Assembly: GCF_018350175.1 (NCBI RefSeq)
Contig: NC_058368.1
Span: 182,406,001 to 182,470,000, forward strand
From: Felis catus
Lineage: Eukaryota
Length of the DNA: 64,000 bases
Direction of reading: 5' to 3'
In this document: positions 12,675 to 24,020 of the stretch, piece after piece
Numbering within the stretch: position 1 is the stretch's first letter
Layout: every line of letters starts with the position of its first letter
The notes under the pieces: generated by a model
Seen by the model: the letters and a program-made list of their open reading frames with translations, nothing else
Told to the model about the DNA's origin: nothing
Databases searched by the model: none
Translations under genes and position numbers: made by a program

Positions 12675-14098
12675 AAAGACTCCACCAAAAAACTGCTAGA
12701 ACTAACAAAGTAATTCAATAAAGTCAAAGGATAAAAACATAATATACAGAAATATGTTGCATTTCTTTTTTTTAATGTTTATTTATCTTTGAGAGACAGA
12801 GAATAAGTGGAAGAGGGGAAGAGAGAGAGGGAGACATAGAATCTGGACCAGGATCCAGGCTCTGACCTGTCAGCACAGAGTCTGGTGCAGGGCTTGCACT
12901 CATGAACCATGAGATCATGACCTGAACCAAGGTGGGACGCTTAACTGACTGAGCCCCAAAATATATTGCATTTCTAGATACAAATAATTAAATATCAAAA
13001 AGAGAAATTAAGAAAACAATCTCATTTAAAATGGGACAAAAAATAATAAAATACCTAGTAGTAAATGTAACTAGGAAGATTAAACAGCTGAACTATGAAA
13101 ACTATAAAACACTGATGAAAGAAATTGAAGACAACACAAACGGAAAGACATTCCATGCTCATGGACTGGAAGAAATAATATTATTAAAATGTCCAATGAA
13201 ATAAAATAAAATGTCCATATTACCCAAAGCAATTTATAGGTTTAATGCACTTTCTATCAAAATACCAACAGCATTTATCACAGGACAGAACAAATAATCC
13301 TAAAATTTATATGGAACCACAAAAGACCCAAAGCAATCTTGAGAAAGAACAAAAATCTAGAAGTAACACAACCCCATATTTCAAGATATACTACAAAGCT
13401 GTACTAATCAAAACATATTGGTACCGGCACAAAAATAGACACATAAATTAATGGAACAGAAAAGAGAACCCAGAAATAAACCTACACTTACATGTCAGTT
13501 AATCTTTAAGAAAGAAGGCAAAAATATACAACAAGGAGAAGACAGTCTCTTCAATAAATGGTGCTGGGAAAGCTAGACAGCTACATGCAAAAATGAAAAT
13601 GAACCACTTTCTTATACCATACACAAAAAAATAAGTACAAAATGGATTACACACCTAAATGTGAGACCTGAAACCATAAAACTCCTGGAAGAAAACATAG
13701 GCGGTAATCTCTCTGACATTGGCCATAGATACATTTTTCTAGATACATTTCCTAAGGCAATGGAAACAAAAGCAAAAAAAAAAAAATTATTGACACTACA
13801 TCAAAACAAAACAAAACAAAACAAAACCTTCTGCACAAGGAAATCATGAACAAAATGAGAAGGCAATCTATTGAACAGGAGAAGATGCTTGTGAATGATA
13901 TATCTGGACATATCTGGGTATATATTTTGGACATATACATAATGTCCAAAATGTATAAAGAACTTATACAACTCAATACCAAAAAACAAATAATCTACTT
14001 AAAAACGGACAGAACTTAAACAGACATGTTTTTTCCTGAAGAAGGCCTACAGAAAGATGGTCAACAGATATGAAAAGATGCTTAATATCACTAATCAC
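12675..14098 (+). mobile_element. L1 ORF2 segment (inverted part), frameshifted
   Basis: aaagactccaccaaaaaactgctagaact; peptides YFKIYYKAVLIKTYWYRHKNRHI and RPETIKLLEENIG are L1 ORF2p-like. Confidence 0.95.
12767..12957 (-). mobile_element. CAN-SINE inserted in L1 ORF2
   Basis: TSD AAATAT[G/A]TTGCATTTCT at 12750-12766 and 12959-12975. Confidence 0.94.
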
Positions 14099-14469
14099 AT
14101 TACCCATTTTGAGTGGTTGCTGCCAGTCTCTGAATTAACAAAAGTGACTAAGGGAGTGGATGCATCCTGTGCATGGCTACATCTCCATAGCAACATCACT
14201 TCATATATGTGCTCTGGCCTGCTTACTGCTATTAATTACTTATGAAGCCCAGGTCAGCATTTAAATTTGTGCTTCTTATTACAGACATGTATTGAAACAA
14301 ATCCTGACCAGAAAAATATCAGGGTTCATGGTATTTTAGGAGTCAGAGTGAAATGTGCTAACTGGTGACTTCTTTTAAAATAAGTGTGATGGAAAAAGAT
14401 TATCCCGGGAAATACTTCCTACTTTTCTAGGTATATACAATGTTTCTTCTCAGGAATAGTATAAAATAG

Positions 14470-14660
14470 CACTTCCAGACAATGGCTCTGAGATCAAACT
14501 GCTTAGATATAAATCCCAATCCTTCAGTTTACCATCTGTTTAACTTGCAGTAAATGGCAACTTTTTAAACCCTCAATTTCTTATGTGAAATAGTGGAATA
14601 GTAACTGTACTAAAATTATTGGACAGTTGTAAGAAGAAAGACAGTATACGTAAAGAAGTC
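14470..14660 (+). mobile_element. MIR fragment
   Basis: ggctctgagatcaaactgcttagatataaatcccaat...cctcaatttcttatgtgaaat. Confidence 0.55.
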
Positions 14661-14803
14661 GACTTCCTAATTCACATGGAACATGCAACACATTAGGTTT
14701 TAAAAACACAAAAAATGACAAATTGACACAAGACAATCAATTATATGGTTTGTAGCCAACACATCTCAACAAGCAAATGGCTCCTTAAGATTCAATTTAA
14801 ATT

Positions 14804-15013
14804 GGGGCACCTACGTGGCTCAATTGGGTTAAGCTTTGACTTTGGCTCAGGTTATGATCTCACTGTTTACGAGTTCAAGGCCCACATCAGGCTCTGTTCT
14901 GACAGCTCAGAGCCTAGAGCCTGCTTTGGATTCTGTGTCTCCCTTTCTCTCTGCCCCTCCTCAGATTATGCTCTGTCTCTGTCAAAAATAAATAAACATT
15001 ATTTTTTTTAAAT
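14804..15013 (+). mobile_element. CAN-SINE
   Basis: GGGGCACCT head, AATAAATAAAC tail; TSD ATTCAATTTAAATT at 14790-14803 and 15014-15027. Confidence 0.95.
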
Positions 15014-15325
15014 ATTCAATTTAAATTATGGTGTATAGAACAAATAGCTACTGAAATGTAAGTGCATATTTTTCTTTATATTTTTTAACCTAATACCTTT
15101 GACCAACATTATTAGAGCTAACTTTTTGTATGAAAAAAAAAGGAAAACACACAGCATTTATATATCTTCATCTTTGTGTGCAAGTATTATATTTATTATG
15201 TTGCAGAAACAGCCATTTATGAGCTCGTCTGCTATGCATCAGAATATATATTCAAGATTTTTATCTGAGATTGGATGCCTTGGACAGGTCTTGTATGTAT
15301 TATATATTTCCTAGAGTGGCATTTC

Positions 15326-15537
15326 TTTTTTTTTTTTTTAACGTTTATTTATTTCTAAGACAAGAGAGACAGAGCATGAACGGGGGAGGGGCAGAGAGAG
15401 AGGGAGACACAGAATCGGAAGCAGGGTCCAGGCTCTGAGCCATCAGCCCAGAACCCAACGCAGGGCTCGAATTCTCCGCGAGATGGCGACCTAAGCTGAA
15501 GTCGGACACTTAACCGACTGAGCCACCCAGGCGCCCC
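15326..15537 (-). mobile_element. CAN-SINE (SINEC_Fc-like)
   Basis: Full head and tail; imperfect TSD CTAGA....CATTTC. Confidence 0.96.
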
Positions 15538-15880
15538 CCTAGAATTACATTTCAACTAGAATAAATAAACACATAAAAATTAAACATATATGGGATTTTG
15601 ATTCAAGTAATTAAAAAGAATGATATTCTTTCCAAAAGGCAGGGAATAAATTGTTAGTCACCACTAATCCACTGAACTTTGTTGCTGTGATCATTCAAGA
15701 GCTTAGCATAGGGAATTTTGCATACTTTTATTCAATAAAATTTCTTCAGACATTAAATTAATGTACACACCTTGAGCAGAATATAAATTAAATTAACCTT
15801 TTTTTGTCACTGCTGCATTTGTTCTCAAAGTTTTAACAAAGAAGAGATGTGGATTGAGTCAGACGGAACGAGCACTTCTA

Positions 15881-16113
15881 GGGGCACCTGGGTTGTTCAA
15901 TCAGCTAAGCGTCTGACTTTGGCTGAGGTCGCGATCTCATGGTTTGTGGGTTCAAGCCCTGCGTCGGGGCTCTGGACTGACAGCTCGGAGCCCGTAGCCT
16001 GCTTCAGATTTTGGGTCTCCCTCTCTCTCTGCCCCTCTTCTGCTTGTGCGCTGTCTCTCTCTCTCTCTCAAAAATAAACATTAATTTTTTTTTTAAAAAG
16101 AATCATTTATAAA
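15881..16113 (+). mobile_element. CAN-SINE
   Basis: TSD GAGCACTTCT at 15870-15879 and 16114-16123. Confidence 0.95.
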
Positions 16114-16439
16114 GAGCACTTCTGTACATTCCTAGTGTTTACTCGTACATGAAGTATATACATTTTAGCAGATTCAGTTTAAAGTGTAAATCAGAGATCT
16201 AGGAATTATAATTTAATCTCTAGTTCTGTTAGAAATGTATGATATAAGCAATCATATCTGGCTCTTTTAAGATAGTTTCTTGCATAAATATAGAGATAAT
16301 GCTCATGACTTCTTAACCACCAGATAAAATGATACAGTAGATGGGATTATGCTATTAAAAAAAGGAATTAGAGGAAGACAAATTACGATGACTAAAAATT
16401 AGCTGTTAATAAGTCATTATTTTGTCTAAAGCACTTGGT

Positions 16440-16629
16440 TATTTTTTATTTAGGTATAATTTACACAGAATAAATTCATAAACCTTAAGAATACAGCTCA
16501 ATCAGTTTTAACCAATATATACATTTAGTAAACTACATGCCACTCAAGATATACAGCAGTCCTGTCATCCTAATAAGATACCTCATGCTCTTTCCCAGTC
16601 TCCTCCACTTACTCAAACCAACCACTGTT
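16440..16629 (-). mobile_element. Old L1M (L1ME-like) 3' end; continues at 19039-19580
   Basis: ttttatttaggtataatttacacagaataaa...cctcatgctctttcccagtc...aaccactgtt. Confidence 0.75.
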
Positions 16630-17639
16630 TTTTGTTAATTTTTAATTTTTTAAATTTTTTTTACAGTTTATAGAGGTAAAACTGATATACAAAGAATGGC
16701 TCATAATGTGCATGATTTGATGTTTGAACATACGCAACCACCCATAATACCATCACCACAATCAAAGGAGGAGACATATCCTACACTTCCCAGAGTTTCC
16801 TTGTGTCCCATTTTGTTTTGTTTTGTTTTGTAATAAGAACATTTAACCTAAGATATACTCTCTCAACAATTTTGAAAGTGCAAAATACCATATTGTTTAG
16901 CTACAGGCACTATCATGTAGAGCAGGTATCTAGAATTTATTCATTTAATCTAACTAAAACTTTATAGCTGTTGAATAACAACTACCCACCCTCATTTGGC
17001 CTCTGGAAACTACCACTGTATTCTCTGCTTCAATGGGTTTGGTTATATCAGGGACTTCACATAAGTGGAATCATGTAGTATTTGTCCTTCTGTGACAAAT
17101 GCCATCTAGGTTCATCCATGTTGTCACAAGTGGCACTATTTACTTCTTTTTTAAGGCTAACATTCCCTTTTATGTATTACTACACTTTGTTTATCCATTC
17201 ATCTGTTTCCACTTCAGTTGTTTTTATACCTTAGCTATTATGCCTAATATTGCAACGTAGATGGTGGTATCGATATCTCTTCAAGGTCCTGATTTCAATT
17301 TTTTTGGATATATATCCAGAAGTGAGATTTCTGGATCCTATGGTAAAGTTTTATTTTAAATTTTTAGATGTGTCTCCATACTGTTTTTCATAGGTGTTGC
17401 ACTATTTTGTATTCCCACCAAGAGTATACAAGCGTACACAATGTACATGTCTTCACATTTTTTGCGAACACTTATTGTTTTTTTTTTATAATAGCCATAC
17501 TACCAACTGTGAAGTGATATCTCATTATAACTTAGACTTGCATTTCCCTGCCTAATTACTAATGATTTTGAGCATCTTTTTATATATCTGCTGGCCATTT
17601 GTCTTCTTTGGAGAACGTCTGTTCAAATCTTTTGCCTAT
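16630..17639 (-). mobile_element. L1 (L1MA-type) 3' UTR/ORF2 end; non-inverted part of a second 5'-inverted L1
   Basis: cataagtggaatcatgtagtatttgtccttctgtgac, tattcccaccaagagt, ggccatttgtcttctttggagaa. Confidence 0.92.
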
Positions 17640-19035
17640 CCAGGGAAGTTAGGCAAGAAAAAGAAATAAAAGGAAACCAAATAAAAAAGGAAGAAATAAA
17701 TTTATATTTGTTTTAAGATGACATAATCCTATATATAGAAAAACATAAAGAGTCTACACACACACACACGCACACACACACACTCACACAAGCCTGTTAG
17801 AACTAATAAATTCAGTAAAGGTACAGGATACAAAATCAGAATACAAAATTCAATTGTGTTTCTAACATTAACAATGAACCATCTTAAAATAATATTAATA
17901 AAATAATCTGTTTTATGATAGCATAAAAAATAATAAAATACTTAGTAATAAACTTAACCAAGGAGGTAAAACACTATACATTGAAAACCATAAGACCATG
18001 AAAGAAAGGAGACACAAATAAATCAAAAGACATACCATGTTCATATATTAGAAGAATTAATATTGCTAAAATGTCCATACTACACAAAGCAACCTACAGA
18101 CTCAATGTTATTCTCATCAAAATCCCAATGGCATAGTTTACATAAATTTTTAAAATCCTGGGTTGCCTGGATGGCTCAGTTGATTAAGCATCCAACTTTG
18201 GCTCAGGTCATGATCTCATGGTTTGTGGGTTTGAGCCCCACGTTGGGCTCAGTGCTGACAGCTCAGAGCTTGGAGCCTGCTTCGGATTCTCCCTCTCTCT
18301 CAGTCCCTCCCATGCTCATGCTCTGTCTCTGTTTCTCAGTAATAAATAATGTTAAAAAAATTTAAAAAATTTATGTGCAATCGCAAATGTTCCAGAATAA
18401 CCAAGGTAATCTTGAGAAGGAAGAACAAAGCATTGCACTTTCTGATTTCAAGACATATTACAAAGCTACAGTGATTAAAGTAGTATGGTAATGACATAAA
18501 GACAGACATACAGATGAATGGAATAGGATAGAAGGCCCAGAAGTAACTCAACACATTATGATCAACAACAGATCTTTGACAAAGATGCCAAGAACACAGA
18601 ATGGAGAAATGCTGGTCTTGTCAACAAGTGATTTGGAAAACTGGATATCCATATACTAAAAAAAAAGGAATTTTCCCCTACCTTACACTATATACAAAAA
18701 TCAATTCAAAATGGATAGAAGATCTAAATGTATGACCTTAAACTGTAAAATTCCTCAAAGGAAACAGGGGAAAAGTCTTCATTTGTCTTTACAGGGATTT
18801 CTTGGATATGACACCAAAACACAGGCAACGAATGCAAACATAGACAAGCAGGGCTAAATCAAAATAAACAGCTCTTGAATAGAGGAGGGAACAATCGACA
18901 GAATAAAAAGGTAAATTATGGAATGGGAGACACTGTTTAGAAATCATGCATCTGCTAAGAGATATATGTGAAATTTTAATATGAAAATAAAGAAGAAACT
19001 CCTACAACTCAATAATAAAAAAAAGAAACAGATAA
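17640..19035 (+). mobile_element. L1 ORF2 segment (inverted part), degenerate
   Basis: ttaggcaagaaaaagaaataaaagg, gatgacataatcctatatatagaaaa, tttcaagacatattacaaagctacagtg, ctcctacaactcaataa; includes (CA)n near 17756-17790. Confidence 0.93.
18160..18368 (+). mobile_element. CAN-SINE inserted in L1
   Basis: gcctggatggctcagttgattaagc head, CT body, AATAAATAA tail. Confidence 0.94.
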
Positions 19036-19038
19036 AGT

Positions 19039-19580
19039 AACCATTCTTCTGATTTCCATTACCAGAGATTTGCTCTGCTTGTGTTATAGCTTCGTAGTAA
19101 TGGAAACATAAAATACATAGTATTTTAGGTCTGAATTCCTTCACATAATGTTTCGGAAGCTAACCCATATAATTTGTTCCTTTTTTATTCCCAAGTAGTG
19201 TTTCACTGTATAAAAATACTATAGTTAGACAGACAGAAGTATTGTTTACAAATTTTGGCTTTCATGAGTAAAGCCACTAACGAATATCTTTGTACAAGAT
19301 TTTGATGGGGCGCCTGGGTGGCGCAGTCGGTTAAGTGTCCAACTTCAGCCAGGTCACGATCTCGCGGTCCGTGAGTTCGAGCCCCGCGTCAGGCTCTGGG
19401 CTGTGGCTCGGAGCCTGGAGCCTGTTTCCGATTCTGTGTCTCCCTCTCTCTCTGCCCCTCCCCCGTTCATGCTCTGTCTCTCTCTGTCCCAAAAATAAAT
19501 AAACGTTGAAAAAAAAAAAGATTTTGTTGACATGTGTTTTCATTTCTTTTGGATAAGGTACTAGGAGTACCATGCTAGTT
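19039..19580 (-). mobile_element. Continuation of the old L1M that starts at 16440
   Basis: aaccattcttctgatttccattaccagagatt...tttgttcctttttattc...gacatgtgttttcatttctttggataa. Confidence 0.7.
19307..19519 (+). mobile_element. Young SINEC_Fc
   Basis: Near-consensus; TSD AAGATTTTG[A/T]TG at 19296-19307 and 19518-19529. Confidence 0.97.
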
Positions 19581-21125
19581 TTAATAATCTAATTTGAACA
19601 TAGACCCCAAGAGTCATGGGTATTTCAGTACCCACTTAGAGAAATTTAAATATTATTTTCTAAAACCCTTCATTCCACATTGAAGATAGCTTCTTCTGCC
19701 AAAGGGGAACATATGTCAAAGGACATGAGTATAAGCTTCATTCAGTAGCAGCTTTCCTTCCTCTGAGCTCCCTCCACGTGAGGAAAACAATGGGAAAGGG
19801 CCTGTAAGTCATGACCAGCACATTGAATGGATAGTACACTCCAAACATGAGCAGAATATAGACCTGACAGAGTTGATTAAAATATATCTTCAGAGCCAAG
19901 GGTGAAAATGGGTATGTGTTTGTATGTATGTGTTCATGTCTGTACATAATTTCCCATTTATTTATTCCTATAAATCCTCAAATTAATGGAAATTAAACCA
20001 TGGAAACAAATTTGATGCTCTCCCTTAAATACCATTATTGAATTTCAGTCTATAAAAAACACAGTAACACAAGTTATCCATGATATAAAAGTACCATCAC
20101 TTTTATTCCTACTTTGGCTTAAAAATAGACAAAAAATACACGACTGGACTTTTCCCTAATCATTTTATTCAGCGACTTTTCAAGTGGTCTGTGATATCCA
20201 GTTAATAATTCTGAAAAATAATGTCTTTCTCAGCTTCATTTTCCAGATCACGGGTTTGACTGTGCAACTTGTTGGCAGAGTATATTATTTTTGTTTCTCC
20301 AATTAGCACTTTTCTTATTAATTTTCAAGTTAACATCACATTGTCAAATGTTAAGTATAAGGTATATACTTTTATTTACCCCAGGAGATAGAGCATTTTC
20401 ATTTTGTGCATCACAATGTTTACAGGGGATATAATTTCATACCAAGTATTTCTGACTAACTTGGTCCTGATATCTAGGGCTTTGCTACTGCTATTAATGA
20501 ACAACAAGAAGATCAACATAGCACAAGACAGGGGTCTCTCATTTTGAAGACAGTGCAGACTGTCTGTTATAGGCAACATTTATGCAACTGCAAGTGTTTC
20601 AATAAATGCTCAAACTAAGCTGGGAGGACAACCTGGAAGATGATGACAATGAACACATAATAATTTTGGTTAAGTACAGGAATGGAGAAAAAGGATGAGT
20701 GTCCAATTACTTAGTATACCGAAGGGCTTTCCTGTAAGGAGATAAACCATAGATTTGAATCCCCCATGACTGCTGGCAGAATATGAAATAGTGCTCTTGA
20801 CCTTGTGGAGTAAGAAAGAAACCAGAAATCTGTCAGACGAATGTACAGTCAGCAAATATCAACTTCTTTCACTACTGCATGGAAAGGGACACAAAGGTGA
20901 GAGGAAGGTCTTGCATCCTTTATTTAATTAATAATAAAGAACTTTAATTTTTACTCAACTGACCTTCAGATCTAATGCATTTTTATGGTTAACGTGATCC
21001 TATTAGTAAACATATCCTCCCATTACTAAATGTTTAGCAGCTCACTTTTCAGGCTTACTATAATAAGACACAGAATGTACATTACTTTGGCATAGGAGGG
21101 GACAGTTGCAACACACAGTACTACT

Positions 21126-21285
21126 GGGGCACCTGGGTGGCTCAGTTGGTTAAGTGACCAACTTCAGCTCAGGTCATGATCTCACGGTCTGTGACTTCAA
21201 GACCCACGTCAGGCTCTGTGCTGACAGTTTAGAGTCTGGAGCCTGCTTCAGATTCTGTGTCTCCCATTCTCTCTGTCCCTCCCCA

Positions 21286-21342
<57 letters not shown>

Positions 21343-21368
21343 AAAATAAACATTATTTTTTTTTAAAA
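21126..21368 (+). mobile_element. CAN-SINE with expanded (CT)n
   Basis: TSD ACAGTACTACT at 21115-21125 and 21369-21379. Confidence 0.96.
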
Positions 21369-22152
21369 ACAGTACTACTAAAATTAAGTGATTACATATG
21401 GACATATGAAATATAAGTTACTAAGATGCAGGATACTGAGCCACAATTTGGAGAAAACATGATTTGGAAATACATAAGATAATTACACAATGAATAATTC
21501 ATATTAGAAATTTCTAAACTTCTTTTTATTTTCTAAGTGAAAGCTGATAATGGACCCCACCTCATTTCTTCTGCTTCATTTTGCCGTTCAAGACTGAGCC
21601 AACTGATACTCACACCCATCGTTCAGTCCCATAGAGTAACTGAACCAGTCTTGACTGGAACAAGGCATACATCAGAAGTTGGGGCAACACTATCAGGAGG
21701 ATTTCAAAATCAAATCTCATCCATCAGGCCCAGGACTTGAGTTCTCTTAAGTTCATTTCAGGCAAATCAAATCTTTTTGGATCTTAACTTTTGCTAAAGT
21801 TTCAACAGCAAGATTTAACTCATTCATTTCCTGAAATCTCTCCATACTGTGTCCCACTTTTATAAACTAGCTTTCTGGAAACATGGAAGGATGGAAACAA
21901 ACCTAGGCTCTGAATCTACTCTCTACTCCCGAGGAGGATGTAGCCTTGCCATTACTATTTGTTTGTTTGTTTGTCTTTAAAGAATGATGTACTGAAACAG
22001 ACCCAAGCTGGCCCCTGATTTTGTTAAATTTTCAGAAATTTCATGAAATTTTTGTTGAACAAAGCCATCATTAATAATTGAGTTATATAAATGTACAATA
22101 AAGTTGATTCTATGAAAAACAAAGATAGTAAATACTCAAAACTTCGCACTTC

Positions 22153-22566
22153 TGTATTAGTGTCTGAGAATGGCCATAACAAATTATCACAAAGTTACCA
22201 TGATTTCTGGAGGCTAGCAGCCTAGTCAAGTTATTCTCATGCTCACTGTGAAAGTTCAGGGTAAGACTCCTTCCTTGCTTTTTCTAAATTCTAGTGGCCA
22301 TTGGTAACTTGTGTTCCTTGGTTTGTGGGTGCATAAGTAGTCTCTGCCTCCATCATCACAGGGCCTTCTTCTCTGTGTTCCCTCTATGTCTTCATGTTTG
22401 TCTCTCCTCATAGGAACATGAGTCATCAGATTTTAGGGCCCATCCTAATTTAGCATGGCCTTATTTTAAATGCAAACACCCTACTTCCAAAAAAGGGTAC
22501 ATCCATAGGAACCAGGGATTTTAGAACTTCAACATATCTTTCCTTGGGGACACAATTCAACCCACA
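22153..22566 (-). mobile_element. MaLR solo LTR (MLT1B/C-like)
   Basis: TG...CA termini, 5-bp TSD ACTTC at 22148-22152 and 22567-22571; gccataacaaattatcaca, tctggaggctag, ggggacacaattcaacc. Confidence 0.9.
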
Positions 22567-22689
22567 ACTTCCTAATTACAACATTTTACTGGTATATTAC
22601 TTGGCTTAAAATGTACATGTTTACCTGGTAGCATACACTATAAAAAATTGGTAAACACTACAAATCAGGGCTTGATTTAACATTTCTTT

Positions 22690-22905
22690 ACTGCAAATGT
22701 TTTCTCTACAGGGCTAGACAGTAAATATTTAAGCTTTGTACACACTGTACATTCTTTGTAGCAACTATTTAACTGCTATTATACTGTGAAAGCAGATATA
22801 GGCCATATATGAACAAATAGGTTTGATAGTGTTACAAGCAAACTTTATTTATAAAGTAGGAAGTGGGCCAGATTTATCCTGTGGGCGATAGTTGGCTGAA
22901 CCCTA
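22690..22905. mobile_element. MER58A-like hAT-Charlie MITE
   Basis: gggctagacagtaaatatttaagctttg...aaactttatttataaa...gggccagattt...gatagttggctgaaccct. Confidence 0.8.
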
Positions 22906-23779
22906 GCTTAGACTTAAGAAAGTAATTATAAAATATTAATAATGCAGACAAATTTCAAAGTGTGTCACGTCTGTGGCTATTACCTTATTAATAGCACACA
23001 AAAAAACTGAGGAAATATTACCTTAGTGTTTGAAAACTAATATTCAATTCTGTAAAGAAATTGCCTACATCATTGGTGACTGAATGAAGTTCCAAAATAC
23101 ATGTTTTTTGTCTTACTCGTTAATGTAAGAATGAAAACCAATATTCGAGTCAGAGCTACTACATTAATCAATTGATTACAACCATTTGCTAGAACAGTTA
23201 GGTAGTTATAAGTTAGTTAGATATAAGAGTTTGGCAAAAATCAGGGGAAGAATTTTCAAGAATCAGTTGGCCATGTGGAATTTACAGTAATGAGTATTGC
23301 ATTTGTTTTTGTTTTTGGTAAATTGGGCCCTACATATTATTAAAACTTATAATAAACTTATATAGGCATATATATGCATACCTTTTTTTTCTGGAGAGCC
23401 AGCTGTTAAACTTTTGCCAATATACCACTATCCAAACACCTAAGGTTTGTAAATACTCCTGCAAATGGCAGTATATATATTGGAAATGTAAGCCCTGATA
23501 GCATGGTGATGTAACTAAAAATATACAGAGAGTGGAGTAGTAAAAAACTTTACTACTTCCTAAGATTGGTCATAACTGTACTGCTCATAGTTCCATTAGC
23601 ATAAATGTACATGATTAAGAAACTAGAGCCCCATAGAAAGCTACACAAAAGAATAAATCTGCATTGCTTTAATGATTAAAATTAGGACGCCCGTTAGATT
23701 GCTTATCTCTTTCTGCAGATTTTTATAAGACATACTACACTACCCAAGAGAAATGACTTAAAGTTGTAGTGACTATCTG

Positions 23780-24020
23780 AATCATACCTTAACTTGCAAC
23801 ATCTTTGGTATACAATGACTTGGACCTCTTGAAACTGGATCCTCTTTCTTTATCTGCTGTTCACTGGGTATCGATTCATTTGTATAGTTAGCCTTTCTAA
23901 GTTTCATTTCCTCTTTAAAGATTATTGACATACCACTGCACTGTCAATGCTCTGAGAATTAAAGGAGGTGAAACACAAAAAGTGCTCTCCACAAAATAAG
24001 CACCAAATAAATGCATGTTA
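23780..24020 (+). mobile_element. MIR (old subfamily)
   Basis: ttagcctttctaagtttcatttcctctttaaag...tgagaattaaaggaggtg...aagcaccaaataaatg. Confidence 0.5.

Larger units (their letters stand above)
21982..23430 (+). mobile_element. MER63-like hAT-Blackjack element hosting two insertions
   Basis: ttgttaaattttcagaaattt...aaaaacaaagatagtaaatactcaaaac start; ggagagccagctgttaaac...ataccact end. Confidence 0.7.

Noticed and set aside
13245..13849. ORFs with reverse-transcriptase-element-like peptides (also 48287-48719)
   Set aside because: Frameshifted, truncated L1 ORF2 remnants; not intact CDS.
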